Assembly (NCBI GenBank): GCA_964016885.1
Contig: OZ024740.1
Span: 380,370,001-380,434,000, forward strand
DNA from: Eledone cirrhosa
Taxonomy: Eukaryota
DNA: 64,000 bases
Reading direction: 5' to 3'
In this document: one piece after another, positions 51,986 through 64,000 of the stretch
How the letters are laid out: each line of letters opens with the position of its first letter
How positions within the stretch are numbered: the stretch's first letter is position 1
Notes under the pieces: generated by a model
The model's database searches: none
The model's input: the letters and a program-made list of their open reading frames with translations, nothing else
What the model was told of the DNA's origin: nothing
Program-made: the position numbers and the translations under genes

Positions 51986-53859
51986 AATTGCCAAAATTGT
52001 TAGAACGTTGGATCTCCGCGTTCTGAGTTCAAAACCCGCCGGGGTCTATTTCGCCTTTCATCCTTTCAAGATCGGAAAAAAAAATGTACTGGAGTCGATT
52101 CTTCCTCTACATCTTTTTTCTCACTTCGGATGTATATCACTCCGACTCCATCATGTGTTATGGGTCTGTCTGTGTCTCTGTATGTATGTATCTATGTGTT
52201 TAGAAATGTGGAAAATCTCGAGCGTAGGTAAATTGTTATGAACACAGCTTAGAGATTCCGCTATTTTTCCGCATTTGAAATTTTCTATATCTGTAAACAT
52301 TTCAACTCACTCGACATTCCAATGTTTATTTCCAATGTTTATTTACAATATATATACATCCAGCATTGAAAAGTAACTACAAATTGAGAAAAACGGATGT
52401 CTATGCTCCAGACAATCGTTCCATATGAATGGTATATTTCATGATTTAAGAGTAAATGTCGTATAGCTAATTTGTATCCTTTTTTATAAGAGCGCATGAC
52501 TGAGTAAAAAGGAAAATTAAAAAGTTTCTTTTTTATTTAAAATTCTATTTCTTTTTTACTGTTTAGTCGGAGACGGAAGAGTAGTACTTATGGCCGTGAT
52601 GAAATAGCTTTATGTAGATACATGTTTCTAAACCATAGTGACTGGGGCAATAGAACGACGCTTTTTTAGCCGATGGTTTTCCAACGACACTTCTGTCATC
52701 CTCACAGATAAGGCTGGGGATACTGTTTGCATAGTTTAGAAGCCCTGCGTAGTTATTATGCATCACGTTAGCTTGGAATGTTTCTATAAGCCTTAAGGTC
52801 TAGCGAGATGTATGTAAGGTAATATTTTTTTGTGTAAGAAGGACATAATTTGACTGTACTAACTGTACCATTTTCTTCCGTTGTTGAATAAAGGCCAATG
52901 TTAATGGTTCTGAATTCTTGATTTCCGGAGTTGTTATTTAATATGCTGTTAAACATTAAGCCTGGATAGTTACACTGACATCAATATGAAATCTTGAGGG
53001 GATATGTTGTTCTGGTGACGAAGAATGGGAGAAGTGGCTGTTTAGTGCAGAGTTTAGAAATTAAAACACATGAAAGTTGGTGTGGAAGGAAAAGACTGGT
53101 AAACCTGAGTGGAATGAATACGCAGCTAGTTTTGGGGATCAGAAGCCATTGTAGAATCTAAAATATTAACAGAAACCTAGTCTATGAGTTAGGGTCTGTA
53201 ATGTAGCTGTTAGTGAGGGTTTGTTCATTTGAATTGTTTTCTATTGAATGCTAACTGTGTGGGTATATAATAATAGCACCGTCCCAAATATATGAACTAT
53301 GCTCCCATGTGGGCTTTCTTTATATTTTGAGGGGGGGGGGGGGGTAATACCTGATCAAAGCTGAAATAGTTTCTGGTTCAGAAAAGGAAGTTTAGTGTTT
53401 GAAACACTGCTTTAAAGATATCATGAATACAGGGTTGCTTCTAGAGATCAGCAAAGGTTTTGAAGTCTAGAATTTGCAACGAATTTTAGAATTTTAATTC
53501 CTTGCTATTCTCGAATATACAGGGAAAAGTACAAGAATCTTTTCTTGGTATGCATAGTGGTTGTGTTTTAATATTTGTTGAAGAACATTAAGTTGCTATG
53601 ACCTCAACTGAAGGATGTTTTCGAGACGTCTGATTATGGAGACAGTGCATGTTGCATCTGTATAATACATGTGTGCTGAATGTTAAGAAGAGTTGAAGAG
53701 TGTTAACATTTTTGCATAAGAGTTCGTAAAATAACAGGAGGTAGGTAGTTAATGCGCAAAAAGAAAAATGCGAGATATTACCAAACCATGGGTACCCTAC
53801 ATTTCAGAGAATACAGGGCTTCTCGGTTGTTTGAGGACATTAGAATGAAGTTAGTAAAA

Positions 53860-54480
53860 GATGCATATGTCATGTAAAAAGAGTTTTATTTGAGAACCCA
53901 TTGGCATGAATAATCTTGAGACTTTTTCTGGCGCATCTACTCAATGAATCTGCCGTTAGCAACGATGACTGCTTTAATACGAAGCCTGAACGTTGACATG
54001 CCTGAATCAGATGATCTTTATCTATTTTCGACATTGTTCTAGTTATGGCAAATGTCAGAGATTTTATAGTATTTTGATGGTGTTGGTAGATTCCTCCTCG
54101 ACTAAGTCCCATACGATGTAGTCCAACAAATTCAGGTCCAAAAGCCATGTTTGGAGTCATGTAGTCATAGAGATTGTAACATCCATTGTTGTTTCGTCTT
54201 GGCCTTATGAGACGGCACAGAGCCTTAGTGTACGGTCAGCCTTTGCTCATGCTCTCTTTCACATTTCTCACAACTCTCTCCAACTCCTTTAATTTCGGTG
54301 GCTTTTTTATTTACGTCATTATTAACGTGCTAGAATTGGATTTGATGATATTAAGTGTGTATGGCTACGAGATTTTAAATGTTGTTAAATCATTGAGCAA
54401 AATACTTGAATTTTGTTGTGGGATTTTTATGCATGCTGTTTTTCATCACACAGAAAAAAAAACTCAAAGGGTTAATAGTA
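53860..54480 (-). mobile_element. Decayed Tc1/mariner transposase remnant
   Basis: Minus-strand D-L-N/L-D-Y-I-V-W motif remnant and the C-terminal ..SL..AI...HLIQAC pattern. Boundaries are approximate. Confidence 0.5.
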
Positions 54481-55582
54481 TAAAGGAAATTTAAAACATC
54501 TGAAGTTGAATTTGTTTTTGTTTGTGGTATCCGTGTTTCTTTTATCGAAGAAATACCAATTCCATCTCATCCTCTTGACAACTCTTCAACTTTTTCCATA
54601 AGTCACACAAATTATCATTGATGGTGTCAGGGCATTTTCCACAGAAATTTTTATACGTAACACATGTAATATATCTGTTTGTATGTATAGCAAGATTCAT
54701 CAGAATGTGACCTTATAAGCAGATCACTGCATAATAGTAGAGGAGATGGCTTTACTAATTTGACTTCGAATTACACCGGAGTTGATTTGCATTATATCCC
54801 TCTTGAGTGAGGTTTGTCTATTTCACTCGTGCTCCTTTGTAAAAGTGAGATATAAAGTATAAGGAAACTATGTAAAACATAAAGAAGCTATCTTCTTAAG
54901 GACAGCACTGATCGCGTAGACATATACACGAAAACATTCCAATCAGGATTAGCTCATTTTCTTTTTCAAACATAGTGAATTTATGACTACATTAAATGGT
55001 GTGTTGTCCCTTTCATATGGACGTCATGAAAGAATTTTGCCCGCTATTTTTGCCGACCCATCGTTCATTTGAAGATAGCAATTTAGAATGGTGTTTGTGT
55101 TTGTTTGCATGTGTGTGTCAGTGAGTGAGTGAGTGAATGTGTGTGTGCATGTGTGTGTGTGCGCTAAGACCTGTAGCTTTTCTTTTCACTTTATTCTTGT
55201 TGACTTCGTCTCTCTTGTTTCATATAGTTTGCCTTATACTAGACCGTTCATTTCTCTCCAGCTGATTTATAATTTAAATATCAGTCAATGTTTCATGCGT
55301 TTGTTACTAAAAGCACATTGTTAGGTAAATATAAATAAAGTCAGCTGCACATTCGATAAATCTATTTCCCTTTCATTTCACAAAGTTTGGCAGTCATTTA
55401 ACTTATATAGATTTAATATCACGCAAACCTTTCCTTCTTGTTCCTTTGTTGTTTTCTTATGTAAATACATTTAATCAATGGAAAATATTTTTCGGTTACT
55501 TGTTTTGTTTCGCTGGTTTTTTATTGATCATTCCTCCAATTTACAGTCCACACTGGAGCAGCTATGATAATATTGGTTTTCT

Positions 55583-55975
55583 GTTGGACTTCCGTCAGTT
55601 CCGAAGACGAGTGTTCCAGCTGATTTGATCAACAGAACAGCCTACTCGTGGAATTAATGTGTAAATGACTGCGCATTCCACATACATGTGTATTTTACCA
55701 TAGTTCTAAAGATGATTTATCATGACACGGGTTATGACAACCAAAAACCGAATACACTAACAACTGAGCCACTTGCTTTCGCAATATTGAGAGTATTGTC
55801 GCAGTGTTATTGATTTTATTATTAGCCTCTGGGTTCAAATCCTTCCTAGGCTGGTTTTTCCTTTCATCTTTATAGAGTCGATAAATTAAAGTACCAGTAA
55901 CGCACTCAATTTAATTAACTACCTATCCTTTCAAATTGCTGGCCTTGTGCCTAAATTAGAAACCATTATTAACCT
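55583..55975 (+). mobile_element. SINE fragments: a third-type body and a Deu/Nin-core copy
   Basis: 55583-55740 is homologous to the reverse complement of 60860-61012. 55828-55970 carries the B-box, core and tail. Confidence 0.6.
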
Positions 55976-56145
55976 AGCTCAGAGAAATATCTGAATTTAG
56001 CATTCAATCTTGCAATGTTTCTATTGGCCTTAATTAAGAAATACTCCACCCATCAGTATGTGGCTCCATGAAAATATCAGATAAGTGGACGGAAAGTTGA
56101 GTGTTAAATATTTAGAGTATTGACAAGTTCTAGTGTCACTTACAT

Positions 56146-56447
56146 CAGATGTCCCCAACGACCGGGCCGCGGACCGGTACTGGTCCGTGGATCATTTGCT
56201 ACAGGGCCGCAAAGAAATAATTAACTTGTTTAAAATTATATAATAGATAAATTGAATATTAGACTTCTTTAATTTAAAAAGATTTCTTTATATATTCAAT
56301 ATTCATATACTTTAATAAATTACCCTTTTTATTATTGTTCTCATTATCGAAATGCACTTAAATAACACATATGTGCAACTACCGGTCCGCGGAAAGATTG
56401 TCCGGCAGGAAGCCGGTCCGTTGTATAAAAAAAGTTGGAGACCACTG
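56146..56447. mobile_element. hAT (Charlie-like) MITE
   Basis: TIRs cagatgtccccaac and gttggagaccactg; 8-bp TSD acttacat/atttacat; subterminal ggtccg repeats. Confidence 0.85.
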
Positions 56448-57196
56448 ATTTACATGATACCAATACTGATGAATCAGCAATATTTTGATTCCCGCAATCT
56501 GTTCACCCGTTCTCTGAAGCGACATCAATATCATGGTTTGGAAAGGACACGGAAATTTAGCAGATTAGAAATATATTTAGCTTAATCTTTTTTGTTAATA
56601 TATTCTGCTTTTGTATCGAAACAATTGGCGGAGAAGTATGGTTAATAATTTATGTTTTTACTTAATTACGGTATTATAACTCTTGTATACCCTCAAGATT
56701 ATATTTTAACAGTGTATTGACTGATACTACTACCGGTGGTATTCTTGTTTTCTAGTGTAAACCATAGAAAATCAGAATAAAGAGCAGAACTACAAAACTA
56801 AATTGTACATTATAAAATATCTCTACTGATTATACCAGTGTTACTTAGACTAGATTAGCTGTTTGGGGTTTCTATGCACCCCACCCCAGTCTGCAGCTGC
56901 AATACTACATTATTGTAGCAAAACAAAAAAAGAAAATAAGTCACATGAATAAATTATGTACAAGAAATTATAAATATATAGACACAGATACATACATAGA
57001 GAGACAGAAATATTTGTACCTATATATAGTAAGAATTGTGCTAGCAGCCCAGTGTATGATAAAGTTATATCTGTATAAACACAGAGTGTGTAACCGAGAC
57101 TGCACAAACGTGTTTAAATATACAAACGTGTATAAATATATATACATATCAAATATATAGGCATGCCAGTTATTTGTAAAACTGTTATATATTGTA

Positions 57197-57257
57197 TTTT
57201 GTCTGATGAAGGCATGCTATAATTTAATTTGGTATCCCTGAAATATGTATAATGAAA
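57197..57257 (+). ncRNA. Minimal hammerhead, family J
   Basis: uuuugu-CUGAUGA-aggcaugcua...ugguaucccu-GAAA-uaugua-UA-augaaa, followed by AATAAA and (TA)n. Confidence 0.7.
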
Positions 57258-57299
57258 TAAATATGGTTTTATAAATATAGTTTCCATTTATTAATATCG

Positions 57300-57354
<55 letters not shown>

Positions 57355-57472
57355 TAAAAGGAATTCCAACTTTGTCTGATTTACTCATTTTATTTACAAT
57401 CCTTTAAAATTTATAATGGTATTAGAATGAAAATGAAATAGTATGGTAGAATATTAAATGTTAAGTGTTAAT

Positions 57473-57511
57473 TGAACAAGTACTTTCATGCTTTTGCAAT
57501 CTTCAGGTTCA
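57473..57511 (-). ncRNA. Minimal hammerhead, family K
   Basis: ugaac-CUGAAGA-uugc-aaaa-gcau-GAAA-guac-UU-guuca; palindromic helix III aguacu. Confidence 0.8.
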
Positions 57512-57602
57512 TATTCTGTGGTGACAGTCAAGTTTGCAATTTTCAACTGCAAATATATATGCATCAAATACATGTTTTCTTGTAGTTGATTGGATGATAT
57601 AC

Positions 57603-57651
57603 ACGTCTTCTGATGAGGGTCCAATAAGACCCGAAAATCGATTAAAGATGT
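57603..57651 (+). ncRNA. Minimal hammerhead, family L
   Basis: acgucuu-CUGAUGA-ggguc-caauaa-gaccc-GAAA-aucgau-UA-aagaugu; palindromic helix III aaucgauu. Confidence 0.9.
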
Positions 57652-57931
57652 TTATGTTTTTTTTTTTTCAATTCACGTGGAAATTAACAATCTTATGATG
57701 GAGACCGACCATACTGTAACATTAATTGCCCAATACCATGTACTAAAACGGACCTGGATACAAAACCGAATTTTCATCTTTTGAAGCGCCGAGAATATAT
57801 GTATATATATATAAGGATAAAGAAAGTGCTCTAGCACATGCTATAAAGATAGCTTATAAAATAGAGCGAAGACTCTTAAAAGACGGGGAAAAAGTTGCCA
57901 TCAGCCGCTATGAGGAATTGAACCCTATATC

Positions 57932-57937
<6 letters not shown>

Positions 57938-58028
<91 letters not shown>

Positions 58029-58037
58029 CGCGAGTGG

Positions 58038-58100
<63 letters not shown>
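57938..58100. repeat. (GA)n microsatellite
   Basis: Read directly from the sequence. Confidence 0.95.
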
Positions 58101-58103
<3 letters not shown>

Positions 58104-58205
58104 CAAGGAAGAAGAAAAAGCGACGAAAAGTAAGAGGGAGCGATAAATTAATAATTGTTTTGTTTTTTATAAAAATATAATTTATATACATGATATTATT
58201 TACGA

Positions 58206-58756
58206 TAATAATAATTGTTTCTACTTTTGGCACAAGGCCAACAATAACCCAGTACATTACTGGTACTTTATTTTATCGACCCCGTAAAGATGAAAGGCAA
58301 AGTTAACCTCGACGGGATTTGAACTCAGATTGTAAAGGGACGTAACTATGCTGGAAAGCATGGCGTCCGACCCTCTACCGATACTGCCAATTCACCGCCC
58401 TTACGATAACAATAATAATGGTTTCTTATATAGGCACAAGGTCAGCAATTTTGGGGAAGGGGAAATTCGATTAAATCGACCCCAGTGCGTGACTTGTACT
58501 CTATTTTATCGACCCCGTAAAGGTGAAAGGTAAAGTTAACCTCGGCGGGATTTGAATTCAGATCATAAAGGGCCGTAACTCTACGCTGCAAAGCATGGCA
58601 TCCGACCCTCTACCGATACTGTCAATCCATCACTCTAACAATAATAATAATAATTGTTTCTACTTTTGGCACAAGGCCAGCAATTACCACAGTGCATTAC
58701 TGGTACTTTATTTTATCGACCCCGTAAGGATGAAAGGCAAAGCTAACCTCGGTGGC
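58206..58756 (-). mobile_element. Three head-to-tail Deu/Nin-core SINEs separated by (TAA)n
   Basis: Copies at ~58206-58398, ~58412-58632 and ~58645-58756. Confidence 0.88.
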
Positions 58757-58774
58757 ATATATAATGACGGCAAT

Positions 58775-59045
58775 AATTAAAAAAAGGAGAAAACAAAAGG
58801 AAAGAAAGAATAGGGAAGTATAGAGAAAAAAAGAGAGAAAGAAAGAAGAAAAAGAACGGGAAGGGGAGGGGATGGCAAGAGCTCTGGTGTCGCAGAAGAG
58901 AGGGGAGGTGTGAAGGACTTTGATTGGACTTTGGGCCAAAGGCAAGAGGGCAAGAGCATAAGTGCTGCGGCCAGCAGACAAGACGGCAAAAGCATTCCCG
59001 CCGACGATGGCCAGTGAAATCAAGAGCCACCCAACCTCCTTGAAA
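58775..59045 (-). mobile_element. Possible CRE-clade LINE 3' end
   Basis: EVGWLLISLAIVGGNAFAVL resembles the CRE C-terminal S.A..RGNA motif; a pyrimidine-rich 3' UTR follows. Confidence 0.45.
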
Positions 59046-60421
59046 ATATAGGAGTATTACGAACACCACTTCTAAAATTACATCTAAATTACATCGTGAT
59101 AAACAAAACAAGGTGAGAGTAACCTGTAATGTTTTTCTAATGTCATAAAGATAAGAATAAAATACTATGAACAGTTAGCTCGGTTATGTTTTGGTTGTGA
59201 AAGTATAATATGATGCCGAAGGTATGCAAACCTGTTAGATATAATTTGTTTTTACCAGTGATCTAATACCTCCTACCAAAAGCAAAATGGTGGTTCATTC
59301 CATTTCCTTATATTTCTTTTTAAATTCAATCTCCTTTCCACGTTTTTCTTTTTTTTAACGATTGTTTAACTATTTATTTTCAATGTTGTTCCAAAATTTA
59401 CTTTTCTTGTCTTAAGTCCAAATTATAGAGAAAAGATTTTATTGAACATTTTTCAGAATATTATTCGAAATGTATTTGTTTTTTAATACTTAAAGGAATT
59501 ATCTCCCTGAAACATGGAATTGTTATACTCCCTTTCTGTAGGTTTATCCACAAACAGCAACTGAAAACAATAGTCATTCTGGGCGAATCACTTAATTATA
59601 CTTGTTCTCAGAAGAAAAGGAACTGATCAAAACATTTTTTTTTTCAAATCAATTACGTTGTTCAAGAAGAGCTCACTCTCGTCTATATTTTCTTAAGTAC
59701 TTTACATCCCTGTCAAGACATCTATCCAAAGTCATTAGCTAATCTCTTTATGTAAATAAATGTGATATGTTAAGATCATGTGTATAAGGAAAGAAAGGAT
59801 TATGATCTCCTTATGAATTCTTTACACCGAATCTAAATATAACAGAGATACTAAACATTAAAAGCTAGCCGAGCCAAATAGTCTATTGAATCAATAAAAC
59901 AATAACAACGATAACGATAACAACTACAATAACAGTAGCAAAGACTTTAACTGTTGTTCGGCTCGTTGATACCATCTTCTCGTGGCCTTGGGTGTTACGA
60001 GAAATGGTGCAATGTAAACTAAAAGGTTTTATACTAATCTTACTTTCGGCTTACAATACGAAAGAGAGATACAAACCGAGTGCTACATGTACTGTAGAGT
60101 ATAATTGAGGTGTGAAGAGCTATGCTCAGAGACTGTTTGGGACCAAGTCCTTACAAGAAAAGAAATGAGTTACACCAACAAAACCATTTACAGTAGCAAC
60201 AATAATAATAGAGCAACTACTTAGATTCGCCTCATTAAGTTCTACTAATGATACAACCACTTCCTTCCAAGTATGTGTAAAAGAAATAGTTCACTTCTGT
60301 GCAGTGACGCTGAATATCCTCTGGATTTCATTGCTTCACTTATGTTACTAATTCCATCAATTTCAAGACGTTATAAGCTTTAATGTGTTTTCTATATTTT
60401 AGTCAGGAGGACAGGTCATAC

Positions 60422-60535
60422 CCTTAAGCCTTTTTTCAGCGCCTCCAAGAATGGTGGAAATGTGGAGAAAAGTATCCTTAAACCGCTTTTTTCAGCGCCT
60501 CCAAGACTGGTGGAAGTGTAGAGAAATATATCCAT
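60422..60535. repeat. ~56-bp tandem duplication
   Basis: ttttttcagcgcctccaaga.tggtggaa.tgt.gagaaa occurs twice. Confidence 0.8.
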
Positions 60536-61339
60536 AAACTGAAGGCCTGTTCCAAACGTTATCAGCAAAGTCAACTCCAATAGGTTTTGATATTAAGTTG
60601 AGCAGCAAATGAAGGCTACTACCCGAACAGGCCACTATGGGATTTAAACACAGAGCAAGAAACCGGAACAAACATTGTAAAGCATCTTGTCCGACGCTCT
60701 AACTATCCTGCTTGTCCACCATATATATATACATCGTTAGTAGACACAATATACTATGGATAGTTTCTTCTAGGTTCTCTCTTAACTTTGCTTACAATTT
60801 ATTTCACTTTTCCCCTAGTCCATTAAGCTGAAAAAAGGAGTTACACCTGTAATTCAAAGGACAATGTATCACGCTGAATCTCCCTGACAATTGCCTTAAA
60901 TGAGCACGTGTATGCGGAACACTTAACCACTTACAGGTTAATTTCACGAGCAGGCAGTTCCGTTGATTGGATCAACTGGAGCAGGCACCGTCGGAAATGA
61001 CGGAGGTCCAACAACAATAACAACACAAACATTGGCAAGTGTCGTAGAGAAGGCCAGTTACTGATTACCATCTAATCTTCTCGTACTCCCAACATTCCTA
61101 ACGAAAATAATGCATGCCGTACAATTCAAATCCCTACCTCCATAAATCTTTAGAAATTGCAATCAAATATCTCTCAACCACATGTTCTAAACAAGCAAAG
61201 CTATGTTGGATTGGTAAAGTAATCAAAAATATATAGTGACAGATACATAAAAATATTTAATGAAATGTCATAACTGGAACGTTTTCTAATATTTGTCTGC
61301 TCGATAATAGCTAGCTTATCACTAAACATAAACAATAAC

Positions 61340-61523
61340 TGTTTTTACTTTAGGCACAAGGCCAGCAATTACCCAGTGCATTACTGGTACTTTATTTTAT
61401 CGAACCCGTAAGGATGAAAGGCAAAGTCAACCTCGGCGGGATTTGAACTCAGATCGTAAAGGGACGTAACTCTGCTGGAAAGCATGGCGTCCGACCCTCT
61501 ACCGATACTGCCAATCCACCGCT
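61340..61523 (-). mobile_element. Full-length Deu/Nin-core SINE with 18-bp TSD
   Basis: TSD ctaaacataaacaataac at 61322-61339 and 61524-61541. Confidence 0.9.
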
Positions 61524-62276
61524 CTAAACATAAACAATAACAACATGAATTAACCAATGTGAACATTATATGGGCCCATCTTGATTTGCTATGTCCATAA
61601 GCTAAAGACATTGTCTTTGACGAATCTCTTATGACGTGAACTGGCGCAAAGGGAACGGAGAACAGTATTTTCTGCCCACATTAGACACACACACATACAC
61701 ACGCACACGCACACGTACACACACACACACATGCACACAAGTAGTAGTTGGAATTTTAACACTGACCACAGAATGTGTTAAAATATCTCCACTAACGTCT
61801 GAATATAAATTTAGTAGATATTAAAAAAAAGATTTGGATTTAGTCGTCATAAACAGCTATATTGTAGTTTCTTTACTAACCAGATTCCATAATATTATGC
61901 GAGATTAACTAAGAAATGCTGCAACCAATAATAAGAAATTTAAATATTAATGTTATTGATATTTACATAAGAAATATTTCAAATAACAGCCCGAATGAAC
62001 TACAAACATAATGCTGATGCAATTCTAGAGTGAAATTCTTTCACATAGCAATAATTATTATAGGTTCGTATCGAGTTAGTTTAACTGTAAAACTATTAAA
62101 TTTCATCATTAGCCTTATTTACGTTTTAGCCTATTGGTAGTTCGGTTACCTTTCTGTTTAACTACAAAAAAATAAATGATTTTAACGTTAGTAAATTATT
62201 AACTGAACATTACACGTGTTACGGAGAAAGTAAGAACGTGAACGTATGAAAACCTAGCAACAACAACAGCGGTATC

Positions 62277-62338
<62 letters not shown>
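62277..62338. repeat. (TAG)n microsatellite
   Basis: Read directly from the sequence. Confidence 0.95.
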
Positions 62339-62339
<1 letters not shown>

Positions 62340-64000
62340 CTTATTGGTGAGTCAACGGATATTGCAATTAATAAATACATATTTATAGAGGGGAGCTTTT
62401 TTTTTTCCTTTTGGCTATGAAAATTGCTTTTTAAAGCTTTTCTCTTGTTACATCCATTGCTCAGTCTCTTTAATACATTGTTGAATAAGTTAAGCGAACA
62501 TGATATAAATCTAAATAACTGTGTTGGCTGCCTTTGTGATAGGATGTAAGTCCAATGTAAAGGAAGCATTGATAAATAACATGTAAATGACGTGTGTATG
62601 TTATTCTTTAGTCATGTCTACTCAGCATACGTTTGAAAATCTTTCGACTTTGTTTTTTTAATAGGGATTTTGGAAGAATACAAATATATATTAGAATCAT
62701 TAAATTCAGATGAAGTTTAACAAGTACCATAACTATTTCAGAAAGTTAATATTACTAGATAGCTTGTTAGAAGAAATATTATGCTTAATAATCTATCAAT
62801 CTGGCAAGAATAAAAATATTATTTTGCAGCTATAAAAATATCTGGTCCAACAGATCAAAAAACAGAATATTGGAGGAAATACCCTATAATTAAATATCGT
62901 GTTTGCTATACCTATTGTACAAGATTTTGACTCTGTCAAAGCAATGTTTCAGTCATCTAACAATGACCATTATGGAATGTATATAGCTTTAGAGACATTT
63001 ATAAAATCTCTGTAAAATTTGTTTTATAATATTCATGGCTCTGAAAACACTATTTAAAAGATCGAATTTGGAGTCAAATTTAATAATCACCCAATTGATT
63101 ACTAAAGGAATCGCCATATGAGGGAGAGAAAAAGTAAAGTTCTTATCAACAGAAGATACTTTGAATTCATTATTGAAGCGCAGACCAATTGCGCTCCAGA
63201 TTATGTAATTTATGTATTCACAAGTTTTCCTTTGTTTAACACTTCCATAGTATTGAATCAGGGAGGAGTTTTCAAATTTACCCACCTCACTTTAGCTGAA
63301 AAAGATTTTTTTTTAAATTGAACAGCAATATATGAAATTTTGTGTGGCAGACAAGAAAATTCCCTCGAAAATAATGAAAGCAATAACATTTTGGCATAGA
63401 ATATATATCATCATAAACATAAACAATAAACAACATATGCTCTTAGTTATTTAGTAACTCCAAAAAGTAATGTTATTGTATAAAGAATATTATCATGTGT
63501 TAATATAGTTAAAACAAAGAAATGAACAGAATCTAATTAATCTTTTAGTCTCGGTATATTAGAATCCCAGATATCTCATTGAAAATGCTGAATATCATTA
63601 GTAGACTGCTAAATGATTTCAAGCTAGGCCTCATTTACAGGTTCAGAAAGTCGTCTACATTAATTGTAACACATAAATACATAAGGATGTTCCTTTAGGC
63701 CTTTTAAATATAAGATTACTTGAAATAAGGTGACTTTGTTGTAGTAATAATTTTAGCATCTGACCATTTGGAGCAATATTTTGCTTGTTTTAATCCAGCA
63801 GATATTTATGCAACTACCTGGAAACTCTGTGGGTGAAGTTTTTATTTAAGGGTCTGGCTGGAGTTTTCATAATAGCATACAGTTTCAGAGAGATAATGGC
63901 ATAGCATTTCAGAAAGAAGAGACCAAAGTATTACACAGCATGCAAGTGGTGATGTAGTTTATTGATGAATAAATACATATTCTAACTATCGAAAAGTTTT

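Noticed and set aside
62700-63950. Possible very old LINE remnant
   Set aside because: No diagnostic motif could be recovered by eye.

Overview
This is AT-rich, microsatellite-saturated eukaryotic intergenic or intronic DNA. The SINE types and long (TA)n/(CA)n/(TACA)n tracts suggest a cephalopod (octopus-like) genome, which is an inference. I found no host gene; nearly all short ORFs in the track are translated microsatellites. Mobile elements present: one near-full-length Tx1 LINE (2737-8389) in a (TCTA)n target and a truncated relative; four Penelope-like element (PLE) fragments with GIY-YIG domains; two decayed R4/Dong LINEs; RTE and CRE fragments; several ~600-bp non-autonomous RTE derivatives in (TACA)n; about 20 tRNA-derived Deu/Nin-core SINEs; hAT and mariner MITEs; and a Helitron end. 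The main hidden signal is about 20 minimal type I hammerhead ribozyme (HHR) motifs from about 10 different sequence families, folded by eye. An 11th family is present only as half-ribozymes. They lie in short PLE terminal-repeat fragments next to (TA)n tracts, often as head-to-head inverted pairs. They include family-wide core variants (U3-A8 swap; U4A), an ~85-nt helix II, and one HHR with a SINE inside helix II. No catalytic activity or database identity was tested.
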